Source of the DNA: an uncultured virus (IMG/VR IMGVR_UViG_3300032053_018320) | Taxonomy: Duplodnaviria > Heunggongvirae > Uroviricota > Caudoviricetes | IMG/VR virus record: IMGVR_UViG_3300032053_018320 | Reading direction: 5' to 3' (one strand) | Length of the DNA: 23,232 nt | Part shown: piece by piece, positions 1-7,728 of the stretch | Numbering within the stretch: the stretch's first letter is position 1 | Layout: each line of letters starts with the position of its first letter | The notes under the pieces: model-generated | What the model saw: the letters and a program-made list of their open reading frames with translations, nothing else | What the model was told of the DNA's origin: nothing | Database searches by the model: none | Program-made: the position numbers and the translations under genes

Positions 1-1
1 T

Positions 2-592
2 TCAATGGTTGCTGACTTGATGAGTATGCTCATTCTCATTGTGTGATTCACGATATGATTCGTTTTGTTGTTTATATTCATCGCTTGATAAAACAGTTTC
101 TATCAATTTTTTGACTTCATCAAGATGGTCTTTTATTTCACTGATAAAATGTTCCTGCGTTCGTGGAATTAATGTATAGAGTTTTTCAGACCATCCAGCA
201 ACATATGACACCAGCGTGAACGCCGTTTCCAAATCCATAGATGCACCATCACGAGGCACGATGATATATGTATCATCGAGTGTTTTCGCCATCACGAGTC
301 GTCCTTGCTGAACCATCGCTGGAATATCATTCCACTTAGTGAACGGTTCGAAACCCGATCCACCACAATGATCACACTTCACGACATCTTGATGCTCGAT
401 TATATCGTATAACATACCGGACGATCCGACTCTCGCCAAGATACCGTTATCACAGCGAACTTCTTCTATGCCGCCATGATTATTGTCTCGATATTCGACG
501 AACTTGCACGGCTCACGATGGAGAACCAGACCAGCGTCAACGACTTTTTCAAATGAGTCGTGAACTGCCTTAGCAAGTGTTTCTATGTTCAT
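2..592 (-). CDS. Hypothetical protein; RyR-repeat-like helical motif interrupted by a DnaJ-type Zn-finger insert
   Basis: Start moved to ATG 592 (MNIETLAKAVH), 1 nt after the upstream stop; motifs IETLAKAVH...KWNDIPAMVQQGR flank RCDNG/CDHCGGSG. Confidence 0.6.
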   Translation of the reverse strand: MNIETLAKAVHDSFEKVVDAGLVLHREPCKFVEYRDNNHGGIEEVRCDNGILARVGSSGMLYDIIEHQDVVKCDHCGGSGFEPFTKWNDIPAMVQQGRLVMAKTLDDTYIIVPRDGASMDLETAFTLVSYVAGWSEKLYTLIPRTQEHFISEIKDHLDEVKKLIETVLSSDEYKQQNESYRESHNENEHTHQVSNH

Positions 593-593
593 T

Positions 594-836
594 TTACCAC
601 GGTCCACCCAATTCTTCGCTTATTTTTTCTGGTGAGCATCCAAGAAAACTATTTTCGTGCTCCAGCACTTTAATGTGATCTTCTAACGGTTTTAACGCGT
701 GTTCTTGAACATACCGTGCTTGTTGACGGTAATACTCATGAACATCATCGTCTAGTTGATCCCACGGTAGAAATATCCCACTCGATTCATCACCTTGGGA
801 CTTTCGTAGTAATCGTGCCAATTCTTCAATGTCCAT
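594..836 (-). CDS. Small hypothetical protein with RyR-repeat-like motif
   Basis: 80-aa ORF in coupled chain; IEELARLL...LPWDQLDDDVHEYYRQQAR. Confidence 0.65.
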   Translation of the reverse strand: MDIEELARLLRKSQGDESSGIFLPWDQLDDDVHEYYRQQARYVQEHALKPLEDHIKVLEHENSFLGCSPEKISEELGGPW

Positions 837-1188
837 GACGTTTCACCCGTAAATATGGCGTTATTTTTTCGATCAACAATTCATCGAGAACTGGATCACC
901 GTAACGATACTTGTCTTCAATACCAAGAACGATGATCTTATCAGATGTAAATCCTATCAATTTTTCAAGTCGATCCTTCATATATTGTTCCATGACAAAG
1001 ATCAAATCATTTTCTTTAACTTTTTTCTGTAAAGAAATCGTTACATAATCTGGTGCTTGCTGTGCTGTATATTCATGAAATGAGTAACTGCCGATACCCA
1101 TGAAGGATGTTTGATGCTTGTCGGCAAATATCTCGGCGGCTCGTTTGCTACGAATCGCTCCAGCAAGACAGATGAATAATACTTTCAA
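826..1188 (-). CDS. Low-molecular-weight protein tyrosine phosphatase-like protein (COG4551-like)
   Basis: N-terminal VLFIC-LAGAI-RS (CX5RS P-loop), DLIFVME, and LGIEDKYRYGDP; TTG start after GGTGA RBS. Confidence 0.88.
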   Translation of the reverse strand: MKVLFICLAGAIRSKRAAEIFADKHQTSFMGIGSYSFHEYTAQQAPDYVTISLQKKVKENDLIFVMEQYMKDRLEKLIGFTSDKIIVLGIEDKYRYGDPVLDELLIEKITPYLRVKRHGH

Positions 1189-1538
1189 CTATTATCACCT
1201 ACAAGCGGTTTTCCAAAATATTCTTCGTAGTGTCGTCGAATCAATCCTAAGTTACCCATTCCAAGTCCTACTGCCTTGATCACGAGATACTTTGTTTGTT
1301 TCTTGACATCAGTGAGTTCTTTTCGTGGTCCAAACGAAATTACAAAAGCGTCATCGTTGTCTTCACACGGCGTTATTGACATTCCATCGGACGAATATAT
1401 ACCAGATTGTTTCGATGCATAAATTCGTTTGATCTGATCCATCAATTTTACCTCTTGTTCGTGAAGATCACTCAATGTAAATAATACTTTGCGTTGTTCT
1501 GGTGTCGCTTGTTCCACGAATGATTCAAGATCGCTCAT
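1185..1538 (-). CDS. Hypothetical protein
   Basis: ORF in coupled chain; ATG 1538 sits 1 nt after the upstream stop. Confidence 0.65.
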   Translation of the reverse strand: MSDLESFVEQATPEQRKVLFTLSDLHEQEVKLMDQIKRIYASKQSGIYSSDGMSITPCEDNDDAFVISFGPRKELTDVKKQTKYLVIKAVGLGMGNLGLIRRHYEEYFGKPLVGDNS

Positions 1539-1539
1539 G

Positions 1540-1767
1540 TTAATTACTCTCATTGTTCTTTTCTAGTTTATCGATTCGTTCTTCGAGTTCTCGTATTTTC
1601 TCGTTGGTCGAGTCGTGAGTATCATTGCGAATCATCAAGACGACCAGGTATGCAAATAAAACTGCTGGATAGACGATAAAATAGCCTGGTAGTGTGCCGA
1701 GCAGTGCTAATCCGAGAATATTGATCATGATCAGACCAACAACATCTAATTTACTCGCAGCACCCAT
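1540..1767 (-). CDS. Small membrane protein (2 TM + short coiled coil)
   Basis: Two hydrophobic stretches then EKIRELEERIDKLEK. Confidence 0.7.
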   Translation of the reverse strand: MGAASKLDVVGLIMINILGLALLGTLPGYFIVYPAVLFAYLVVLMIRNDTHDSTNEKIRELEERIDKLEKNNESN

Positions 1768-1770
1768 TTT

Positions 1771-2172
1771 TTATTCACTTCCACCATATGTTCCGATGAA
1801 TGCCTTGATCATACCGAAGATTGCTGGTGAACGATGTTCAAGATCAGCCAATCCTTCACCAATGTTAGAAAAAAACACGATCGTCATTCCTTGTGCGATC
1901 ATTCGTCGTATCTCTGAAAATGCTCGTCTGACAGCATATATTTCATCGTCACGATCGGCAAAGAAACTGCTTTCATCATTATCTGGTTTTCGCTTGGTTG
2001 GTATTCCATAAGCCTTTCCACATTTAACAAACGGTCGAGCAACCTTTGCTTGTCCGCCCAATCCGAAGTGTTCAAGGTTGTCACCAAACACGTAAACATA
2101 TCCATCTGGTGCAGCAGCGATCATGACTTCAGTGATCATTTGCATATTCGATTCACTTTCCATATCATTCAT
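1771..2172 (-). CDS. Phage protein of FGDN/GGQA type (DUF7831-like; possibly macro-domain-like)
   Basis: YVYVFGDNLEHFGLGGQAKVAR...AYGIPTKRKPD...FF.D...IGEGLADL..RSP motifs. Confidence 0.75.
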   Translation of the reverse strand: MNDMESESNMQMITEVMIAAAPDGYVYVFGDNLEHFGLGGQAKVARPFVKCGKAYGIPTKRKPDNDESSFFADRDDEIYAVRRAFSEIRRMIAQGMTIVFFSNIGEGLADLEHRSPAIFGMIKAFIGTYGGSE

Positions 2173-2192
2173 CTATGACATTGCATCGTCGA

Positions 2193-2206
2193 TATTTAAA
2201 TTTTTT
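2193..2206 (-). promoter_or_regulatory. Archaeal-type BRE/TATA promoter, leaderless operon 2172->2
   Basis: Minus strand AAAAAA-TTTAAATA, about 21 nt before ATG 2172. Confidence 0.6.
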
Positions 2207-2256
2207 GTCACACACGGTTAACATTCGTGAAGATAGTGGTATTGAAATGATTTTAC

Positions 2257-2475
2257 CTAACGATAATAATATCCAGTGGTTGTCGAACCAACAAGTATGA
2301 GTATATCCTTTTGTGCAAATTGTAGAGCAACTTGTATGGATATTGCTGTTTTCCAACCGCTACCAGGTCGTCGTGTCGGGTCAATTACTTTTTCTAATGA
2401 TATATTAACGGTGAGACTAGTCATTTTTTTATATTCATCGATGAGTTCAGTTAATAGTTGGTTAAAACTTGTCAT
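2257..2475 (-). CDS. Small hypothetical protein (possible winged helix)
   Basis: ATG 2475 just after the MTase stop; helices followed by a terminal beta-hairpin-like ILILVGSTTTGYYYR. Confidence 0.55.
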   Translation of the reverse strand: MTSFNQLLTELIDEYKKMTSLTVNISLEKVIDPTRRPGSGWKTAISIQVALQFAQKDILILVGSTTTGYYYR

Positions 2476-2480
2476 TTTTA

Positions 2481-3218
2481 TCACGATCGCACGATATCTA
2501 TACATAATGGTTTATACAATTCAATACAGTTCGGATTCACCTCGAATCCAACACAATTACGGTTCATTTCCTTCGCAACTTTCATCGTCGTTCCACTACC
2601 AAGAAACGGATCGAGTATCGTGTCACCAACTACTGACGAATGTTGTAGACATTTTCTCACCAACGACGGTGGTAATTTAGTCGCGTACCGTTCTTGGTCC
2701 TTGACATAGGGACGTTGAAATACCCAGACATCTTCGATGTATTCATTTTCGTCGTGCTTGTAAAACTTGTATTTTCGTTCGTCTTTAACCACGAATAAGA
2801 TATGATAATGGGATGTTGCATACTTTCGTTTCGTGAAGACACCGAATTGGTATCGCCAGATGATGTGATTGACGATGGTCAGTTTCGCTGCGTTTAGACA
2901 TCCGATCATCGTCGCTATCTGACTCCACCCAGAAAAGATGTAACCACTGCCGGAATCCTTTAAACATCGCTTTACTTGGGCAATCCAAGCAGTAGTAAAT
3001 GTTTCATAGTCTTCTGGTTTGATATCGACATATCCATCGGTGACAAAATCTGAGTTTCGTTCATACGTTGGACTTTTGCCGAACTCGTCAAAATTTATGG
3101 CAAATGGTGGATCAGCAACGATCAAATCGATGGATTCAGATTCAACGTGATTTTGCATCCCGACAACACAATCTTCAAGATAGACACGATACGACAAAGC
3201 AACCCGAGATAATATCAT
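2481..3218 (-). CDS. Orphan beta-class N6-adenine/N4-cytosine DNA methyltransferase (N6_N4_Mtase)
   Basis: Catalytic IDLIVADPPF near the N-terminus, SAM-binding ILDPFLGSGTT near the C-terminus, DVW and RNCVGFEVN motifs; no adjacent endonuclease recognised. Confidence 0.95.
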   Translation of the reverse strand: MILSRVALSYRVYLEDCVVGMQNHVESESIDLIVADPPFAINFDEFGKSPTYERNSDFVTDGYVDIKPEDYETFTTAWIAQVKRCLKDSGSGYIFSGWSQIATMIGCLNAAKLTIVNHIIWRYQFGVFTKRKYATSHYHILFVVKDERKYKFYKHDENEYIEDVWVFQRPYVKDQERYATKLPPSLVRKCLQHSSVVGDTILDPFLGSGTTMKVAKEMNRNCVGFEVNPNCIELYKPLCIDIVRS

Positions 3219-3247
3219 TATCCAAACTTTATCAATGTTTCGATGAT

Positions 3248-3625
3248 TTACTCCACGATCTCGACATACTTCACTTTATTGCCTCTATCGCTTCGCTTGT
3301 AAATGGTGAACCACCAATTTTTCAAGTCTTCATCGTTGAAATGACTCATGTAGTCATATCCAAGAAGGGCAAGCAAGTCTTCAACGGAGAATTCGTCACA
3401 ATGCTGACGAGGTATCATGTCGATGTGATCATTGATGAACTTCGATTGCTTGATTGCTTCATAAATTGCCCATATAACGACCCGTCGGGGCTGAATATAA
3501 CCCTTCTTCACAAATTCTTCGTGGGACGACCTACTTAACGATTCCTTCAAGAACTCATGAAGGGATTTCGTTTTATATTGCTTATACCTGAATCTTGCTA
3601 ACTGACCTTCAAGTTCACTAACGAT
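3248..3625 (-). CDS. Hypothetical protein; open frame extends upstream of TTG 3550, start uncertain
   Basis: Frame is open to 3628; GGTGA at 3629-3633 is followed by ATA-ATC rather than ATG. Confidence 0.6.
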   Translation of the reverse strand: MVSELEGQLARFRYKQYKTKSLHEFLKESLSRSSHEEFVKKGYIQPRRVVIWAIYEAIKQSKFINDHIDMIPRQHCDEFSVEDLLALLGYDYMSHFNDEDLKNWWFTIYKRSDRGNKVKYVEIVE

Positions 3626-3698
3626 TATTCACCAAATATATAATTAACGGTCTGGACATCATGAATCGATGAGCAATCATTCATCAATCACTCGATCA

Positions 3699-3740
3699 TT
3701 CACGATAAGAATAAGAACGAAAAATATATAAAACATTTGT
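3699..3740 (-). promoter_or_regulatory. BRE/TATA promoter with downstream TCGTT...TCGTGA motif
   Basis: Minus strand ACAAATG-TTTTATATAT-TTTTCGTTCTTATTCTTATCGTGAA. Confidence 0.55.
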
Positions 3741-3749
3741 TTAACGAGT

Positions 3750-4016
3750 TTAATCACGCGGAAAGACCAACGTGATTCGTATCCACGACTTCTCTGGTGC
3801 AGAGAACGATCCATCGATGATGTCGTATTTTTTAGCAATGTTAATAATTTTCAACACATCATCGAGATTGATATCTCCGCTACAAGGCATAAAATCAATT
3901 TCAGCAATACTATGCCCGTTGTAATCATCTGGGTTATAGCTGATGGAAACATCATGTTTATTCGTGATTGCTCGCATTTCATCGTTAAAGGCTTTTCGTG
4001 TCGATCGCATATTCAT
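3750..4016 (-). CDS. Small alpha/beta hypothetical protein
   Basis: 88-aa ORF with its own TATA box about 22 nt upstream. Confidence 0.7.
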   Translation of the reverse strand: MNMRSTRKAFNDEMRAITNKHDVSISYNPDDYNGHSIAEIDFMPCSGDINLDDVLKIINIAKKYDIIDGSFSAPEKSWIRITLVFPRD

Positions 4017-4038
4017 CGATCATGAATACATCGGACAG

Positions 4039-4053
4039 TATTTAAAACATTCG
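4039..4053 (-). promoter_or_regulatory. BRE/TATA promoter
   Basis: Minus strand GAATG-TTTTAAATA upstream of ATG 4016. Confidence 0.6.
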
Positions 4054-4064
4054 TTAGTGGATAT

Positions 4065-4637
4065 TCATTCTGTTTTATTCATTCCAGTGATGTGATCGAT
4101 GGTTGCCTTGAGTATCTGGAGTCGAACTTTATACAATAAGTGTTCTTTCATTCGTTTTTTGTTCCGCTCGATATATTTCGTGTCGATATATGCCTTGAAT
4201 AAACCAAGCATAATGATCGTCGTTTCACCATCGATTGAGTATTCAATATCAAAATTACCCATTAAACGCTCTTTATCATCTTTTAAATCACGTCTTACCG
4301 CAGAGTCATCGATGATGACCGTGAAACTCTTGAATGGCAATAGATGAAGCACATCGATTGTGTCCTTGACGATCAACCCAATTCTGCCCATCATTTGTCG
4401 CCACCCACCAACGAAATAATTTCCGGACAGTTCGAGTTCATGCTCAGTTACTTCCGATGGTTTGAATATTCGTGGTGATTTTTCTGGTTGTGTCTTCAGT
4501 GCATCTCGTAATTTTTGATGATTATGTTGTTTCGCTTGTCGTTCAGCAACAGTCGCTTCATTTTGTTCATTTTCACGAATTTCTCGTCGCCGAATAAATT
4601 CTTCATATTCATCGATGACAGGCATTTGATACACCAC
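4065..4637 (-). CDS. Hypothetical protein with N-terminal coiled coil
   Basis: 190-aa ORF; true start may be ATG 4625 after GGTG. Confidence 0.7.
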   Translation of the reverse strand: MVYQMPVIDEYEEFIRRREIRENEQNEATVAERQAKQHNHQKLRDALKTQPEKSPRIFKPSEVTEHELELSGNYFVGGWRQMMGRIGLIVKDTIDVLHLLPFKSFTVIIDDSAVRRDLKDDKERLMGNFDIEYSIDGETTIIMLGLFKAYIDTKYIERNKKRMKEHLLYKVRLQILKATIDHITGMNKTE

Positions 4638-4734
4638 GACTCATTAGACATATCATCCATCAAGACCTTTTTAATTTTTTGCTTAGTCACCAACTATTCA
4701 CGATTCCACGTTGAAGGGAATCAGTATTTAGACT

Positions 4735-4747
4735 AAAACTTTAAATT
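4735..4747 (+). promoter_or_regulatory. BRE/TATA promoter of plus-strand operon
   Basis: AAAAC-TTTAAATT; GGTGA RBS 5 nt before ATG 4786. Confidence 0.6.
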
Positions 4748-4785
4748 GAATAACTCCATATAGTGTATGAAGTATGGTGAATATC

Positions 4786-5256
4786 ATGAGCAAAGTATGG
4801 AGAAAAGCCCTCAAGGATGAAGCGGGTATCCGATGTATTTATATTGGTCCGGGTGTCTGGTTCGTCGCTGGGTTCGAACCCTTCGATCTCGATGCTGTTG
4901 ATCTCTATGGGTTCGATGGTGATGTATTCAATGGTGGTCTTGAGGCGTGGGATAAATCATATCCAGAGCACATAGAATTACCGATGAATCCCGATGGTTC
5001 GATGAATATCGATGATGATATGGTTCTCATGGTTGAATCATTGGGTGGTAGTTGGAATGAAAAGAGATCGTCATTAACTCAATTCTTCAAGGCAACCAAG
5101 ATATTGAAGGCTACTAATGGAATAATGAATACCAAGGATACCAAGGAAAATTGCCGAGAGACGATCGAGAGTTTGAACGATACTCCATGCGCAATAAAAA
5201 TACCTGCTGGATATGACTATGTCGTGATCTCCATCAATGAAATGGAAAAAATGTGA
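4786..5256 (+). CDS. Hypothetical protein
   Basis: ORF with GGTGA RBS; co-oriented with the YkgJ-family gene. Confidence 0.75.
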   Translation: MSKVWRKALKDEAGIRCIYIGPGVWFVAGFEPFDLDAVDLYGFDGDVFNGGLEAWDKSYPEHIELPMNPDGSMNIDDDMVLMVESLGGSWNEKRSSLTQFFKATKILKATNGIMNTKDTKENCRETIESLNDTPCAIKIPAGYDYVVISINEMEKM

Positions 5257-5262
5257 CACATC

Positions 5263-6108
5263 ATGGATAAAGAAGCAATGATCAAATTGATCAAGGAATT
5301 TGCTGCTAAACCAACCGGTATAAAAGACTACGATCTAACGTTAAAATATGCGGCTAAACATCCAGACGCGATCCACGGTATAGATGAAGACTTCACCTTC
5401 GACAACGATATTTGCGTTACAATATGCAATGGTAGGTGTTGCACTGGTAATATAGATATCTTGATAACGCCACCAGAAATCGATGCAATGTTGAAAATGC
5501 CTGCCTTGAAGGATGTCAATCGACAAACATTTATCAAGCAAAATTTTGATGTGTTTCTTGGTCTAAATTCAAACATACCCATTTCGACCATCAAATTCAC
5601 GGGCGATAAAGGACATAAGCAATGTCCATTTTTGTTAATTGGTGATAAATTCTTGGTTGCTGTCACGAAGACTGGTGAAGTTATCGATGTCGCTCGTTCA
5701 AAACAAGGGTTATGTGCGTTTTCACGACGATATAAACCTATCATCTGTCGATTATTTCCCCTTGGTAGAATTGGAACCTTTAAACCTGGTGGAACTGCTG
5801 AAATGATAGATGAAAACACGATATTTGTGTGTAACTCGTGCCCAGCAACGTCAACCGACAAAAAACACAATATTCGGAAGTTTATCGAAGGATACAACGA
5901 ACTTACCTTGAAGAAATGGAAATATGTTTCTGAAATGACCACGATCGTTGATGATATAAAAAAGGTTGTTCACGACGAAGGTAGTTTTGAACGAATGATG
6001 AATTTGTTTTTGATCATTCTATTCTATGCTGATGGCGAAACGGATGATAAAGTCACGAAAATCAAGGAAACCATCGCTAGTGGCAAGAAGTTTCTCGGTA
6101 TGGTTTGA
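5263..6108 (+). CDS. YkgJ/UPF0153 (CxxCxxCC) cysteine-cluster protein, putative Fe-S/Zn binding
   Basis: CVTICNGRCC...ILITPPEI...CPFL...LC....YKPIICRLFPLGR...CP. Confidence 0.88.
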   Translation: MDKEAMIKLIKEFAAKPTGIKDYDLTLKYAAKHPDAIHGIDEDFTFDNDICVTICNGRCCTGNIDILITPPEIDAMLKMPALKDVNRQTFIKQNFDVFLGLNSNIPISTIKFTGDKGHKQCPFLLIGDKFLVAVTKTGEVIDVARSKQGLCAFSRRYKPIICRLFPLGRIGTFKPGGTAEMIDENTIFVCNSCPATSTDKKHNIRKFIEGYNELTLKKWKYVSEMTTIVDDIKKVVHDEGSFERMMNLFLIILFYADGETDDKVTKIKETIASGKKFLGMV

Positions 6109-6111
6109 ATC

Positions 6112-6131
6112 TTTTTTCAAAAAATTTATCT
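6112..6131 (+). promoter_or_regulatory. Oligo-T terminator followed by BRE/TATA-like promoter
   Basis: TTTTTT right after stop 6108, then AAAAAA-TTTATCT about 27 nt before ATG 6158. Confidence 0.45.
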
Positions 6132-6157
6132 GGGTCGTTTTCGATGTTTTTTCGATC

Positions 6158-6970
6158 ATGACACAAATGGATATTCATTTTTACGCGTTTATCAAGATAC
6201 TGCGAAAATTTGGGTATATAGTAGACGTATCGTCGGCTGGAGACTTCAAGGATAAAGTTACCATAGCCACGTTTGCTCTTGATGATGACGTCGTGATAAA
6301 TATGAAACTAATGTATATTGACGCGTCGTCAGTCGATATAGTCGTGCATGGAGATCATCTACCAGAGGAACGGTTTAATCGGATGGGCGGATTCACGAAT
6401 ATGCGAGACTTATTGCTACGACCAGACGCAACAAACATACTCAAGAACGTGCATTATGCCCTTTCGATCATTGCTCGTGGACTACCCAAATGGACAGTTA
6501 GCCAGGCGTATATCCCATTAATAGATTATAACGGCGGTCATGGAGCGATAATCGACTGGAACATTGATAGGATCGTCGTCATTCGATATGGCTTCATTGG
6601 TTCGACTCAGTTTCGGTTAGAATGGATGATCACATTCGATGGTAGACAACGAATTAGATTGATCATCGGTATAGATTCTCGAAATGATAGCATCATTAAA
6701 CGACGAACGATGAATCGTGACGGCAAAGAAATCATGATCGATAGATACATAGATATCGACCGATCAGAAATAACATCGTGGATTGACACGATCGATGCTG
6801 GTAACGAAAATGAGTTTGTATGTCGTTTCTTGGTTAGTGAACGAGATGATTTGCAACAGAGAGTTATATCGGATAATGAACGAATTGCAATGAACGAACG
6901 AGAAGAATGGAAAATGGAATCTGAGTTAAATAGCGAAGAACTTGCCCGGATGGAATCGTGTTCTCGTTAA
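6158..6970 (+). CDS. Hypothetical protein (270 aa)
   Basis: Long ORF; start moved to ATG 6158 to remove the overlap and fit promoter spacing. Confidence 0.7.
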   Translation: MTQMDIHFYAFIKILRKFGYIVDVSSAGDFKDKVTIATFALDDDVVINMKLMYIDASSVDIVVHGDHLPEERFNRMGGFTNMRDLLLRPDATNILKNVHYALSIIARGLPKWTVSQAYIPLIDYNGGHGAIIDWNIDRIVVIRYGFIGSTQFRLEWMITFDGRQRIRLIIGIDSRNDSIIKRRTMNRDGKEIMIDRYIDIDRSEITSWIDTIDAGNENEFVCRFLVSERDDLQQRVISDNERIAMNEREEWKMESELNSEELARMESCSR

Positions 6971-6978
6971 AAATAAAA

Positions 6979-7377
6979 TTATGTTTCACAACTACCTGAA
7001 ACGAATTTGAGTTTATATGGATGACCCGTAAATGCCTCGACAACTTTATCGAGGGTATTAGATTTGTCAACCCTATTCTCAAAGCTTTTATCGTATGCTA
7101 TTCGTATTTTCTGCTTTTCTGGGTCTGATATATCGTGAAACTTTACTATCAAATCAGTCTTGAACAATCTAAGAAATCGATCCATAGAAATAACACGCAT
7201 ATATCTGTTCATTCGATTTTCAAATTCTGTCCATACGTAATCAAACACATCATCATACGTTCCACTATAGACGGTTTCGTTTTGGTTTTGTTCACCAACG
7301 AGACAGATATCGAAAGTCAAGAATACTCCGTTATCGTTTTCATTTATTTTGATATTAAAATCACTACTTTTGCTCAT
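6979..7377 (-). CDS. Hypothetical protein; C-terminus resembles a type II KH domain of eS7/archaeal NusA-like proteins
   Basis: ORF with own promoter and AAGGT RBS; KIRIAYDK...TLDKVVEAFTGHPYKLKF pattern (by eye only). Confidence 0.6.
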   Translation of the reverse strand: MSKSSDFNIKINENDNGVFLTFDICLVGEQNQNETVYSGTYDDVFDYVWTEFENRMNRYMRVISMDRFLRLFKTDLIVKFHDISDPEKQKIRIAYDKSFENRVDKSNTLDKVVEAFTGHPYKLKFVSGSCET

Positions 7378-7418
7378 ATAGATACCTTCATTCAGTCAAT
7401 TCTGATATGCTTTGTGAC

Positions 7419-7432
7419 TTTTTAAAGTTTTT
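7419..7432 (-). promoter_or_regulatory. BRE/TATA promoter
   Basis: Minus strand AAAAAC-TTTAAAAA. Confidence 0.55.
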
Positions 7433-7532
7433 ATGATTGTTACCATTCAGTAAATTGGCAGACAATAAACAAATAATTGAAAAATAATTGACAAAAAATT
7501 TAGATTCCTTTGCTTTTTTGAAATTTTTTATC

Positions 7533-7695
7533 ACCTATCATTTAATTTAAATTGAATGCGTTGAGCAAGCAAGATGAAGGTTGGCGTTGTAAACTTCATC
7601 TCCACGACCGTGTATGCGTATGTGATACGCCATACAAAAATTCGATCGTTTCATACCTATCATTAGTTTTTTATGTTCGATCGTGAAATTCACGA
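7533..7695 (-). ncRNA. Candidate structured small RNA or regulatory element
   Basis: Hairpins 7572-7601 and 7611-7636, direct repeat ACCTATCATT (7533, 7655), palindrome 7681-7695, TATA at 7709-7718. Confidence 0.3.
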
Positions 7696-7728
7696 AAAAT
7701 AAAAACGAAATTTAAAAATGTTAAAAAA

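Noticed and set aside
344..366. GGTTCGAAACCCGATCCACCA resembling a tRNA T-arm and CCA end
   Set aside because: T-stem does not pair beyond 2 bp, no acceptor or anticodon arms; it is the antisense of the coding CGGSGFEP
2165..2356. 63-aa track ORF
   Set aside because: Overlaps a better ORF and spans the BRE/TATA promoter; likely spurious
3655..3702. Possible C/D-box sRNA (TGATGA-like words)
   Set aside because: No properly placed CTGA D box or terminal stem
4870..4881. GGGTTCGAACCC palindrome resembling a tRNA T-loop
   Set aside because: Lies inside a well-supported CDS (GFEP) with no cloverleaf around it
5328..5942. 204-aa minus-strand ORF, and similar antisense ORFs such as 13416-13889 and 19068-19652
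   Set aside because: Shadow frames of genes with clear motifs or coupling; no RBS or promoter support
6026..6157. N-terminal extension of the 314-aa track ORF
   Set aside because: Overlaps the YkgJ gene end, terminator and promoter; ATG 6158 fits better
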